Positions 1 to 12,000 of a DNA stretch of 64,000 nt are shown one piece after another (position 1 is the stretch's first letter; every line of letters begins with the position of its first letter). The notes beneath the pieces were generated by a model. It did no database searches. It was not told the DNA's origin and worked only from the letters and a program-made list of their open reading frames with translations. The translations under genes and the position numbers were made by a program. The DNA comes from Macrostomum hystrix (lineage: Eukaryota; Animalia; Platyhelminthes): the NCBI GenBank assembly GCA_950097015.1, contig CATNEN010000038.1, positions 3,410,001 through 3,474,000 of the forward strand, read 5' to 3'.

Positions 1-188
1 GCCCAAATTGCCCAGGACTAATTATAAATACTCGTACATGTTCATATTCAGCAAATACGCGTGTAATGCATATCTTATATACTAAAAATGAAATGGTTGG
101 TTGCTTGTAATTGATTTTCTCCCGAACGGCTCAACCGATTTTTCAATCATACTAAAGATTGAACCCAAGGGTCCAAAACTATTTTTAC

Positions 189-647
189 CTGGTGTAGTCG
201 TTGGCAGCTGCGTCGTTGTCGACGTACTTGCAGTCGTCGTCGTGGTGGTTGTCGGTGTCGTGGTGGTTACGGTGGTAGTCGGCGTTGTCGGAAGTGGCGT
301 GGTGAAGGCATATTTGGTTGTCAAAGGCACGCATGAGCAGAAAGGTTCCGGTGTTGTGAAACTGGCAGCCGGGCAGCACAGTGCAGCCAGCAGAATGAAT
401 GCGGCTACACCTGCGGTGACAGCGGTTTATAGCTTCAATTAACGAAATATATTTTTAAGCTAATTTTTAGTCACGAGATAGTCGTTATTTTATTCGATCG
501 AGCGTATGTTTGATTTTCGTACGCATTTCTTAATTTTACTACTTACGAAGTGCAAACTTGATTAGAATAAATTACAGAATAAATAAGATTGTTCGTAAAT
601 CAATCAGCTTCACCTTCCAACATGATCGATCGACTCGCAAGTCGCAT
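189..647 (-). CDS. Secreted or membrane mucin-like protein, 5' part only (continues beyond the left edge)
   Basis: Exon 614-647 (ATG...G|gtgaag) splices in phase 1 to exon 189-410 (caccgcag|...CCAG|gtaaaa). Product: MRLASRSIMLEGVAAFILLAALCCPAAS (signal-peptide-like) then FTTPEPFCSCVP and a Thr/Pro-rich stalk. Confidence 0.65.
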
Positions 648-2907
648 TGCTGTTAGTCCAAGCTGGGCGGACACGAGTTGTCGCTGTCACACCCAACAAT
701 AGTTAAGAAGGTTTGATCTCAGCGTGCTGAACGTCTTGGGCTGCTCAGGTTAGAGACGCTCCCGGCTTGTTTGCGAGCTTTAGTTGGCAAAGCGAGGGGC
801 GATCGAAGACAGCTTCTTAATATGCAAAGTTCATTCTCGACCTGCACGAGTTTGAAGAATTGCCACTCGAGTGAAGTCCAACCAGTTCGGCAGCCGCGCC
901 CATCGCCGCCCACCCCCTCCAGAAAATAATATCTTCAACTGGTGTTCCTTTCTCATTGTATCTGTGAAACTACCCTATTCTCGGCTTTTCTCGCATCATC
1001 CTTCCACCTTTCGATCTTCTCTATTCAGTAGCGACCGCGTCGAGTAGTCTGCCTCCCCGCTGACAGCAATCCCGCGCTCCCTGTGTGATCGCCGCGGTTC
1101 GGTCCGCAGAGTTTGGGTGGCCAATGCAGAAAAGCATGAGTCTAATTCGGCTCAGCCTATGAAACAGAGTCCTGGCCTGAGCATGCTGGAGCAATGAATG
1201 GCCAGGAGATGGCTGCGTGTCTGCGTGAAAAGTGCAGAGTGTCTATAAAAGGTAATGCATGAACTCAAATTTTCACAAAGAATTTAGAAAACAGTGGCTG
1301 TAAAAAACCCGCTAAAGGATTACACCATCTGTTCACTTTTCCAAATTATCAATTAAGACCTATATATCGTATATTACAGCAAGAAAAACTCTAATCTGTG
1401 CCAAGTGTACAAGATATGGATGTGAGGTTAATTAGAAGCGAATTGCAAGGTTCGACAAGTGCATTGTTAGGATTGTGAGCAAGATCTGCTCAAGTGGTGG
1501 GGTGGCGACCCTACGCAGGACTTCACTAAACTGCTTCCAGACTTCAACGCAGCTATAGGAAGACAAGTTTTTGTTTCCAAATAAAGTAACAAATGATTTT
1601 CTTTCATTCTCAGAGGAAATAAGCTTGCATCACTGGAACAGCCCGCCGTTGCTAGCCACCCACTCTCATCTTGAGCTTGAATAAGAAGCGTAAAGCATTG
1701 ACGACCTGTCCATTACGCCCCAGGAGAGGCAGCAGGCGATTTTCTGAGCGAGCTTTCATCAACCATTTTTGGAATGCTTTGTAACGCACCTTTAATTCTT
1801 CTTCTCGTCACCTTCAGAAATGTTTTTTGGAGCCACGATGTACTAAAAAAGCGGATATTTCTTGTAGTACTATTCGTTTTGTTACAAATGAAATCAACTT
1901 TACGTGACAATACTTCGTTGAACACGCCTATTCGATTCGAATAACGGGACAAACTAAAGATTTCAAACTTTACAGACCTTTATAGATATGATGCCACCTA
2001 AAGAATGTCTAGTATCCATGATGACAATTATCCAATATTTTATGTTCAGACAGGCAATACACCCAACGAAAATGTGTTATTACTCATAAAATTAAGAGAC
2101 TAGACCAGATTTCACAAGAAATCATCAGATTATGATGTTAGCAACCATGCACAAGGATTTCTTCCTGATTTATTTAGGACCTTTGGGTTTTCCGTTTGCC
2201 ATGGCCTCTTGGCAGAATCGAGCTCAGGCCGACTTGAACGGGGTCTCAGCTGTTCGAGGTAGCTTAAAGAATAACGCGAACTATAATTTAGCTTTAGCAG
2301 GCCAGGTTCGGGGCAGGTCACAATGCTCACGAACTGCAGCCAGGGCTCTTAGGCAACGAACAAATGAAGGCCAACTTACAATAACAGAGGCGCAAATGTT
2401 TCCACATGAATGAGCATTTATCATTTCTCATGTGTGCTCACGCACTGCAGCATGGCATCTTTGGCTTTCCGTTTAGAAAAAAAACTTACTTGTCATTTTT
2501 TAGTGATGGCACCACCCCTCGGGACAGGTCTGCTTATGGCACAATGAGTGCGCCCCCTTCCTTAAGAGAGCTCACATGCCCAAGCTTATTGTGTCTACTA
2601 GGAGAGAGATGCAGCGCGCCATTGACCACAGGTGTCCTATCTGATGGCAAGTATTGCCCGCAGTTCCAGAACTGACAATTTTGCAACAGCAGAGTGCCAA
2701 AACCTTTTGTTCAACTTGATTCTCGGGACCAACCCAGCCACTGTCTTGACCCATGCAGTAGATTTCGATTGTAAATGACGCTTGTAAATTTGTTTTTTAT
2801 TTTATTTTTTCTCGTGTGAGTAGAGAGAAATTTCCGGATTTTTGTGCAATAATCTTTAAATATTATACAGTAAACTACTAAATTTGCTGCAAATCTAGGA
2901 ACTATTT

Positions 2908-4004
2908 ATTAGCCATCTGGGGTGTATATTAGCCATCTGGGGTGTGTATTAGCCATCGGGGTGTGTATTAGCCATCTGGGGTGTGTATTAGCCATCTGGG
3001 GTGTGTATTAGCCATCTGGGGTGTGTATTAGCCATCTGGGGTGTATAATAGCCATCTGGGGTGTAAATTAGCCATCTGGGGTGTGTATATTAGCCATCTG
3101 GGGTGTGTATTAGCCATCTGGGGTGTGTATTAGCCATCTGGGGTGTGTATTAGCCATCCGGGGTCTGTATTAGCCATCTGGGGTGTGTATTAGCCATCTG
3201 GCGTGTGTATTAGCAATCTGGGGTGTATATTAGCCATCTGGGGTGTGTATTAGCCATCTGGGGTCTGTATTAGCCATCTGGGGTGTGTATTAGCAATCTG
3301 GGGTGTATATTATCCATCTGGGGTCTGTATTAGCCATCTGGGGTGTGTATTAGCCATCTGGGGTGTGTATTAGCCATCTGGGGTGTGTATTAGCAATCTG
3401 GGGTGTATATTATCCATCTGGGGTGTATATTAGCCATCTGGGGTGTATATTAGCCATCTGGGGTGTATATTAGCCATCTGGGGTGTATATTAGCCATCTG
3501 GGGTGTAAATTAGCCATCTGGGGTGTGTATATTAGCCATCTGGGGTGTGTATTAGCCATCTGGGGTGTGTATTAGCCATCTGGGGTGTGTATTAGCCATC
3601 CGGGGTCTGTATTAGCCATCTGGGGTGTGTATTAGCCATCTGGCGTGTGTATTAGCCATCTGGCGTGTGTATTAGCAATCTGGGGTGTATATTAGCCATC
3701 TGGGGTGTGTATTAGCCATCTGGGGTCTGTATTAGCCATCTGGGGTGTGTATTAGCAATCTGGGGTGTATATTATCCATCTGGGGTGTATATTATCCATC
3801 TGGGGTGTGTATTAGCCATCTGGGGTGTGTATTAGCCATCTGGGGTGTGTATTAGCAATCTGGGGTGTATATTATCCATCTGGGGTGTATATTAGCCATC
3901 TGGGGTGTATATTAGCCATCTGGGGTGTATATTAGCCATCTGGGGTGTATATTAGCCATCTGGGGTGTGTATTAGCAATCTGGGGTGTGTATTAGCCATC
4001 TGGG
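2908..4004. repeat. 20-bp minisatellite (ATTAGCCATCTGGGGTGTRT)n
   Basis: About 55 tandem copies. Variant markers (e.g. CCGGGGTCT at ~3158 and ~3600) recur 442 bp apart. Confidence 0.95.
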
Positions 4005-4505
4005 TATCAGTATTTGAGGGAGCCATTATTTGCCTCGTGAGGGTGTCATTATTGGCCATCGAGTCTTTTATTACTGGTCATCTGAGATCGAGTGTCATTC
4101 AAGATTATGAACTTATTATAGTAGTTGTCAATCCATTCTGAAATGATTGAGTGTACCCCAAGATATAGAAATTTCATTGGGATTTATTCCGATATTACTA
4201 ACAAAGTTCTGTCACTTCTGCCTGACCCTAATTACACTGTACGAGTAGACACATCTATGCCTTTTAATGTATGAAGCTTACAAGCACTCGCTGAACCCTG
4301 ACAGGAAAAGCAGCTCGACTCAGACGAACTCAACTGAGTCAAGAATCAAGTCACCAGCCCTTTCAGACCGTCTAAAAGGGTTCTGGCCAAAGATTTCATT
4401 TTCCCGTAAGACCTAGTGAATTACAACCCTATACACGAATTTGCACTGCGCCTCAGTGCGGCCTTGCCAGGCCTTCAAACTTTATCAGCACGTCACTCGA
4501 ATTCC

Positions 4506-4683
4506 GTGGTCACCGGAATTGACTTTACCTACACGGAGCTGCTGGACCTTCAACAAGTGGCACCAGCCGACTATAGACATACTGATGGAAATTTCTCTAC
4601 TTTCGCTGAGTTATCAAGCCTCGATATTGGGCTGGACTTGTTGAAGGTCCAGAAGCTCCGTCTAGGTAAAGGTCGGTGACCAC
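4506..4683. repeat. Long imperfect inverted repeat (hairpin), arms ~50 bp
   Basis: 4506-4558 matches the reverse complement of 4636-4683, with 2 mismatches plus a small indel/mismatch patch. Confidence 0.85.
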
Positions 4684-5723
4684 CGAAGTCTGAGATGATG
4701 CAGGCAAATTTGGGTTTCAGAAGATGCGCAACAAAAAGTTGGCCCGTGTTATTTTCTGAGTTTTGTGTGCTTGCGTTGCTCCGTTCGGGTGCAGCAAATC
4801 CCCTTGATAGTTCTACTGTTAAGATCAGTTTTGAGCACAATTATCACTTTATTAAAAATATTTTATGCGACACTCGTAGGCATTCTCATCGGACATTTGT
4901 TTTCAAGCTTAGCACGTTCTACCGATTGGGTCCGGTAATGTCCTCCTAGAAGGAGGAGTTCTCCCAGCTCAAATGAAATAACAAATTAATCCAACAGTTC
5001 ACAGCTCCATCTGAAGACAGGAACAGGTCGCATTCAAGCATTCAGTCTTGATAATTGTGAGCACTCGTGAGACTCTTCGTACTCCTTTGGAAGCCACTCA
5101 ATTATCAGCTAGCCTATCCACAGCCATCAGAGTATTTCACGGCTAGATAATGAGACTGTGACGCCCACACGTACTGGGCAGCTGGGGCGAACTCAGCTGA
5201 GAATGCTCCGAACTCTTAAACCGGTCTGAAATCCAGATGGTGCAATCTAAGGCAACGCCCATGTCTTGAGAGGGGGAGAGCAGAGAAAATAGACTTTATT
5301 CTCATGAAAAAACATTTGTAAAGTCGACGAAACTTAAATAAATGTAGCAGCATGCGCTGACAATCTACTGAACTGAGCTGAATAACAGTAGTACGATGTG
5401 AATGATTAACGTATAATTTATAACACGAAAATTAGACAATGATAAAATCACACACGATAAAAATAGACGAAAAATGAAAAGAAAATTGCGAATCATTTTA
5501 ACCGTCCGAAAAGTCGAATTATTGTTATTTTAAATTTTCGTATTATAAATCTATATATATAGATACTTCGATTTGCCAATAACCAAGAACATGAAAGACC
5601 AAAAAAGAGATGGACTCAGAGATGTGCTTAACATGCCTCACACAAATTGTTTTTGTGTCTAATAAAATGTGCTTTTTCTTTGTCTAAACAAAAAATTAAA
5701 CTAGCCATCCCCCAATGGGTCTT

Positions 5724-5960
5724 GTAAAGCTATTGCGCGGCGCACCTGAAGACTGCGTACGACTGTTCAGTCCATGGACTGGAGGACTGCCACACCCACC
5801 ATTAGCCACCCCAGCTGATGCTGGTACCAATTTAACCGCTGGGTGAACTGAAGCAACGCATATTTAAATGTCTATAGGATACTAATTGTTCCAGTGTAAT
5901 TGGGAATCGAACCCCTGACCTTACAAACTTTGTGTTGCGTCCCAAGCAACAGGTAGTTGG
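5724..5960 (-). mobile_element. tRNA-derived CORE-like SINE (family A)
   Basis: Reverse strand has B box GGTTCGATTCC, then GCTTCAGTTCACCCAGC..GGTACCAG and 3' GTCCATGGACTGAACAG..GCGCCGCGCAA, shared with the copy at 54605. Confidence 0.8.
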
Positions 5961-6609
5961 TTCCACAAGGCACTCGCGAGAACAATGTCTACTCGCGAAA
6001 GCAAATAGGACAGTTTTTACTATGATTATACATTTATTTATGACAGAAAAAGTAACAATTTAAAGCCAAAAAATGTTACGATGGACATATAAAGAGGATA
6101 AGCGAGGAACATGTTCATTTAAACAATTTCATTTTCGATACTCGAGTCTTGATATAGTCTAAATATTTCTAAGCTAAATCAAAATGGTGTTTGGCAACAG
6201 AAAATATCAGGCTGCGTAATGTATAACATGATTTGTTAAATTAACAAACTCTCCGGATTTAAAATATTCCGGGTTTTAGAAAAACTTTGAACAATTGAGA
6301 ATCGCAAGGAGCATAAGGTACAGATAAATAATATTCAACCCAGAAATCGAAGAAGACCATCAAATCCTGATCAAAATAACAATATTCAGACCTACGCTAG
6401 TACAAACACACTACTGCGAATTCATGTTTTATCGCGATAAATTATAACAAACCAAGGACTCAGATACGTGACAAAATCTGAAGCCGAAAAACAACGTTCC
6501 ACTATCAATAGAAAATCAGCAGCCAATGCAAAAAATGACAACAGAAAAATTAAAGAAATTGGAAAACAAAGATGAAATTGAGAAGTAGACAAAAGATTTA
6601 AAAAAACGG

Positions 6610-7830
6610 AGAGACAAGAGGGAGAGAAGAAGGAGAGAAGAGGTAGAGAAGAGGGAGAGGTGAGGGAGAGGTGAGGGAGAGATGGGGGAGAGATGGGGAG
6701 AGAAGAGGGAGAGAAGGGGAGAGAAGGGGGAGAGAAGAGGGAGAGAAGAGGGAGAGAAGAGGGAGAGATTGGGGTGAGATGGGGAGAGAAGAGGGAGAGA
6801 AGGGGGAGAGGTGAGGGAGAGGTGAGGGAGAGATGGGGGAGAGATGGGGAGAGAAGAGGGAGAGAAGGGGAGAGAAGAAGGAGAGAAGAAGGAGAGATGG
6901 GGGAGAGAAGAGGGAGAGATTGGGGTGAGATGGGGAGAGAAGAGGGAGAGAAGGGGGAGAGAAGAAGGAGAGAAGAAGGAGAGATGGGGGAGAGAAGAGG
7001 GAGAGATTGGGGTGAGATGGGGAGAGAAGAGGGAGAGAAGGGGGAGAGAAGGGGGAGAGAAGAGGGAGAGAAGGGGGAGAGATGTGGAGAGAAGGGGGAG
7101 AGAAGAGGGAGAGAAGGGGGAGAGATGTGGAGAGAAGGGGGAGAGAAGAGGGAGAGAAGGGGGAGAGAAGAGGGAGAGAAGGGGGAGAGATGTGGAGAGA
7201 AGGGGGAGAGAAGAGGGAGAGAAGGGGGAGTGAAGAGGGAGAGAAGGGGGAGAGAAGAGGGAGAGAAGGGGGAGAGAAGAGGGAGAGAAGAGGGAGAGAA
7301 GGGGGAGAGAAGGGGGAGAGAAGAGGGAGAGAAGGGGGAGAGAAGAGGGAGAGAAGAGGGAGAGAAGGGGGAGAGAAGGGGGAGAGAAGAGGGAGAGAAG
7401 AGGGAGAGAAGGGGGAGAGAAGGGGAGAGAAGAGGGAGAGAATGGGGAGGGAAGGGGGAGGGAAGAGGGAGAGAATGGGGAGGGAAGGGGAGAGAAGAGG
7501 GAGAGAAGGGGGAGAGAAGAGGGAGAGAAGAGGGAGAGAAGAGGGAGAGAAGGGGGAGAGAAGGGGAGAGAAGAGGGAGAGAATGGGGAGGGAAGGGGGA
7601 GGGAAGAGGGAGAGAATGGGGAGGGAAGGGGAGAGAAGAGGGAGAGAATGGGGAGGGAAGGGGGAGGGAAGAGGGAGAGAATGGGGAGGGAAGGGGGAGA
7701 GAAGAGGGAGAGAATGGGGAGGGAAGAGGGAGAGAAGAAGGAGAGAAGAGGGAGAGAAGAGGGAGAGAATGGGGAGGGAAGAGGGAGAGAAGAGGGAGAG
7801 AAGAGGGAGAGAAGGGGGAGAGAGGGGGCA
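6610..7830. repeat. Polypurine (GA-rich) low-complexity satellite, ~11-bp GGGAGAGAAGA units
   Basis: About 1.2 kb of almost pure G/A on the + strand. Confidence 0.95.
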
Positions 7831-8280
7831 GAGTTCAAACAATAGTCCAATAAGAATTAGCAGTAGTGAATAAACAGATAATATTATTACAAGAAGAACA
7901 ACGCGCTGGGTGAGAGAAAATATAACACAGTCAGTCTCGTTTTGTAACTGTAACAAAGCTAACAAAAAGGCATATAAAAATATCAAGATATTTATGTTAT
8001 TAAAGTAAATTTCAAACGACAGGGGCATTGCGTGTACAGGCAACAGCAGATAGCTAGGCTATGCGATACACTTCACAAACCAAAGAAAAATGACTGGGTG
8101 GGAATATAAATACTTGTAAATGTATATATAGTAGCTAAAAATAAGCAGCAAAATCACTTGCTAGAAGGGAGCGAAAACAAATTAACCCGAACCATAACTA
8201 GAGCCATAACCAGCTAATGCTCCCTACTTAACTAGTTGTTTTACTACGGTTCGTGTAAAAAAGAAATGTGAAATTGTAAG

Positions 8281-8822
8281 AAAATGACACTAATATTGAC
8301 AGTCACTGAAAATGACACTAATAGTGACACTCACTGAAAATGACACTAATAGTGACACTCACTGAAAATGACACTAATAGTGACACTCACTGAAAATGAC
8401 ACTAATAGTGACACTCACTGAAAATGACACTAATAGTGACACTCACTGAAAATGACACTAATAGTGACACTCACTGAAAATGACACTAATAGTGACACTC
8501 ACTGAAAATGACACTCATAGTGACACTCACTGAAAATGACACTAATAGTGACACTCACTGAAAATGACACTAATAGTGACACTCACTGAAAATGACACTA
8601 ATAGTGACAGTCACTGAAATGACACTAATAGTGACACTCACTGAAAATGACACTAATAGTGACACTCACTGAAAATGACACTAATAGTGACAGTCACTGA
8701 AAATGACACTAATAGTGACACTCACTGAAAATGACACTAATAGTGACACTCACTGAAAATGACACTAATAGTGACACTCACTGAAAATGACACTAATAGT
8801 GACACTCACTGAAAATGACAGT
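8281..8822. repeat. 28-bp minisatellite (AAAATGACACTAATAGTGACACTCACTG)n
   Basis: About 19 near-identical tandem copies. Confidence 0.95.
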
Positions 8823-9045
8823 AGCAATAACACAAACAAAGAGACATAATTGTCAGGATTATACTGTCAACCTAATTTCTAATAGCTAGTGTTAACAATG
8901 TCACCGAAAATGACATCAAATCGAGTTGCTTTATGAATAATAGGTTTCTAAGAAATCAAGCAATCATAGGAAGCATTTATCTTGGGTCCCATTAGCGTGA
9001 GGCAGGGGGTAGTCCACGACCGTGTTCTATATTTAGATGTCCAAA

Positions 9046-12000
9046 TCAATTACCGCCGCCGCCGGGCTGCTGAAATGAAAATCCATGCAGTTTAGTTAAA
9101 TCCAGCTAGACAGTCACGTCAGAGTAACAGACAGAGTAACACATGCGAGGTAGACATGTCACAGCAATGCATTGTCATGGCTCATTTTCAAACAGGTTCA
9201 GTTAAATATGCACCCAGACAAAACATTCAGTCATGCGTTCAGTTCTCAAGGCTGTGCGGAATCCAGGTTTCTAAGAATACTCAGAACTCGCTACCAGCAT
9301 TATTGAACAGGCCAGCCGTAGCGAGGCCTTCCAAAGCTGATAAATCTAGCTGGAAAAGTGAAGAAATTTAAACAAATATTTCCTGGTATAATTGACAATT
9401 TTTTAACTGCTGCTTCTTTTAAAAATTCTACTTCCAAACAATATAAAACTTTTAACGCATTGACTATCTAAGTACCCAGATAGTCGATCTAGCAAGACTG
9501 ACAATCTGTCTAACACCCCAGACTGTCTGTCTAACACCCCTGACAGTCTGCCTAACACCCTAACAGTCTGTCTAACACCCCAGACTGTCTGTCTAACACC
9601 CCTAACAGTCTTTCTAACACCCCAAACAGTCTGTCTAACACCCCTAACAGTCTGTCTAACACCCCTAACAGTCTGTCTAACACCCCTAACAGTCTGTCTA
9701 ACACCCTAACAGTCTGTGTAACACCCCAAACAGTCTGTCTAACACCCTAACAATCTGTCTAACACCCCAGACTGTCTGTCTAACACCCTAACAATCTGTC
9801 TAACACCCAGACTGTCTGTCTAACACCCCTAACAGTCTGTCTAACACCCTAACAATCTGTCTAACACCCTAACAGTCTGTCTAAAAACACATGAAGTCTG
9901 TAAAATACAACCTTTAAGTCTGTCTGACACACATGACAGACGGTCTGGCAACCCAAAATTAATAACAATAATAATAGTTGACTACACCAGCCTTAACTGG
10001 GGATAAATGTGCAGTCGACTGCACAGACGCAGCCGTTGCGTGTACAGTTGTTCAGTCCATGGACAGGGGATGCCACAGAACCTGTCAGTCGCTCTATGGG
10101 CAGCAGCACCGCAACTTTCTGTCAGCCTCCTGACTTCCATCCACGCTCTTCCCGACTCCGAGTAGATTTCCCCGTCATCCCAAACAGAGCCTCACAGCCT
10201 CAGCCTCCGACGAGTCGTCGGCCAGCCGGTAGTGCCGCCGCCGGAGCTCCCCCAGCTTAGCTCTCTCCTTCTCCAGCTCGGCCTCCAGCTCGAGCAGCCG
10301 CACCTGCGAGTTCATCTCCAGCCGCTTGGTCTGGGTCAGGCTCAGCGACGAGAAGTCCATGGCTTCGCGATCGTCGATGGCCTCGGCGGCCGACTTGGCC
10401 TGGGCGACAACCTGACCAGTGGCTTCGGAGACACCGCGACTGGCCGTCTGCAGCTGCTGCAGGCTGAAGGACTTCGGGTTGGCCTTCACCCTGGAGGCCA
10501 CGACCAGCTGGGCTGTGCTGGCCGCGATGTCCTGCGAGCACACGATCAACTCCTCGAACTTGGTGCCGCCGCTGGACACCAGCCGGTCAGCGGCTCCGCT
10601 GCGGGCATCAGGAAGGCTGGTGAGACAGACAGGCAGACAGACGGACAGACAAACACACAGACAAACAGACAGACAGGCAGACAGGCAGACAGGCAGGCAA
10701 GCAGGCAGGCAGGCTCAGACTCACCAGAGCTGATTGGCACCGAAGCCCACAGCCTTGGCAGCGGAGATGAGTCCTTCGGTCCAGCGCGAATGCTTCTGGT
10801 AGAATTCCGTCTGCGAGGCGGCGCCGCGGCCCTCAGCCACAATCTCCCGCTGCAGCACCTTGGACTTGTTCACCAGCGCCTTCACAGCCAGCATGAGGCT
10901 CGTGCAGGACTCGAAGACGCGCATGTTGACCTCCAGGTGAACCCCGCTGAGCCCGGTCTCAGCCGACTGCTCAATGAGTCGACGAAATTTAGCTTCGGCT
11001 GCTTCGACAGCTTCGGAGATGCCGAGCATCTCAGCATCGACCAAGTCGCCCATGTCCTCCGGTCGGATGTCTTTCACCTGCGGCACCAGCAACTCGGTCA
11101 GGGAGCGCAGGCCGTTCAAATGGGAGAATAGAGAGGCGCAATGGCCAGTCAGGCTCTCCATGTCGAAGCCCTGCGCCAGGGCGCGCAGAAAATTGGAGCC
11201 CTCCTCGGCTGTGACGCGAGACATTGACTGCAGCTCTGCGAGGCATTGGGACAACGCTGTGTGTTAGGCTTATTAAATAAAGGTGAAATATTCATTAATT
11301 TCTACTGTTGTCAGCAGAGTAGTGAGGATTGATTTTTGGCGCCTCGCGTGAAAGCGCCGAATTTCATTCATATCTACAGCTGCTTATTCTTTTAGAGAAC
11401 AAAACTGACAAAAAAATGCGCGCATAGCAACAAAGTGCAGGTGAAAAGCAGGCGCCCCCGTGACTGATAAGATTTGCCGGTGAGCAGAAGAAAGTGGCAA
11501 GGCTTACCGTCCATTAGGGCAAACTTTATCTGCAGATCTGAACAGAATCCGTGGGGATTGTGCCGAATTTTAAAAGAGAAATTAAAATTCTCAGCCCATT
11601 GAGTTAACATTGCACCAAATTGAGTTTGACTAAAAACAAATCTTGTACTAAAATATGACTGCTAACAAGACCAGTTAATATTGACTCCTACAAACCAGTA
11701 AGGAAAAATTAATATAATCTGTTTTGTAGACTAAAATAAGTTTGTTATAAGTTGAACTAACAAATTCTGATATATACTGGAATACACAGGGATAAATAAA
11801 AATAAAATGACGTGCTTGGCATCCGATATTTACTGATTCGTACAAAACTCTGCACTTTGTCAATAGACATTTTTTTGCTGTGCAGATAAACAAACCAATT
11901 ATTGTGTTCAACAAAACAGCAGACAGACATCCATGGTTAAAACACTTGCATGCAGCGTACAACGTTAAATAGGACAAGGAGCTTGTAATACTTGGACTTT

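Noticed and set aside
6516-8043. Long Pro/Ser/Leu and Arg/Gly/Glu ORFs, and similar ones at 13370-14535, 27480-28949, 45000-45815, 47909-48724 and 55760-57797
   Set aside because: All are translations of low-complexity or minisatellite DNA, mostly within introns of identified genes.
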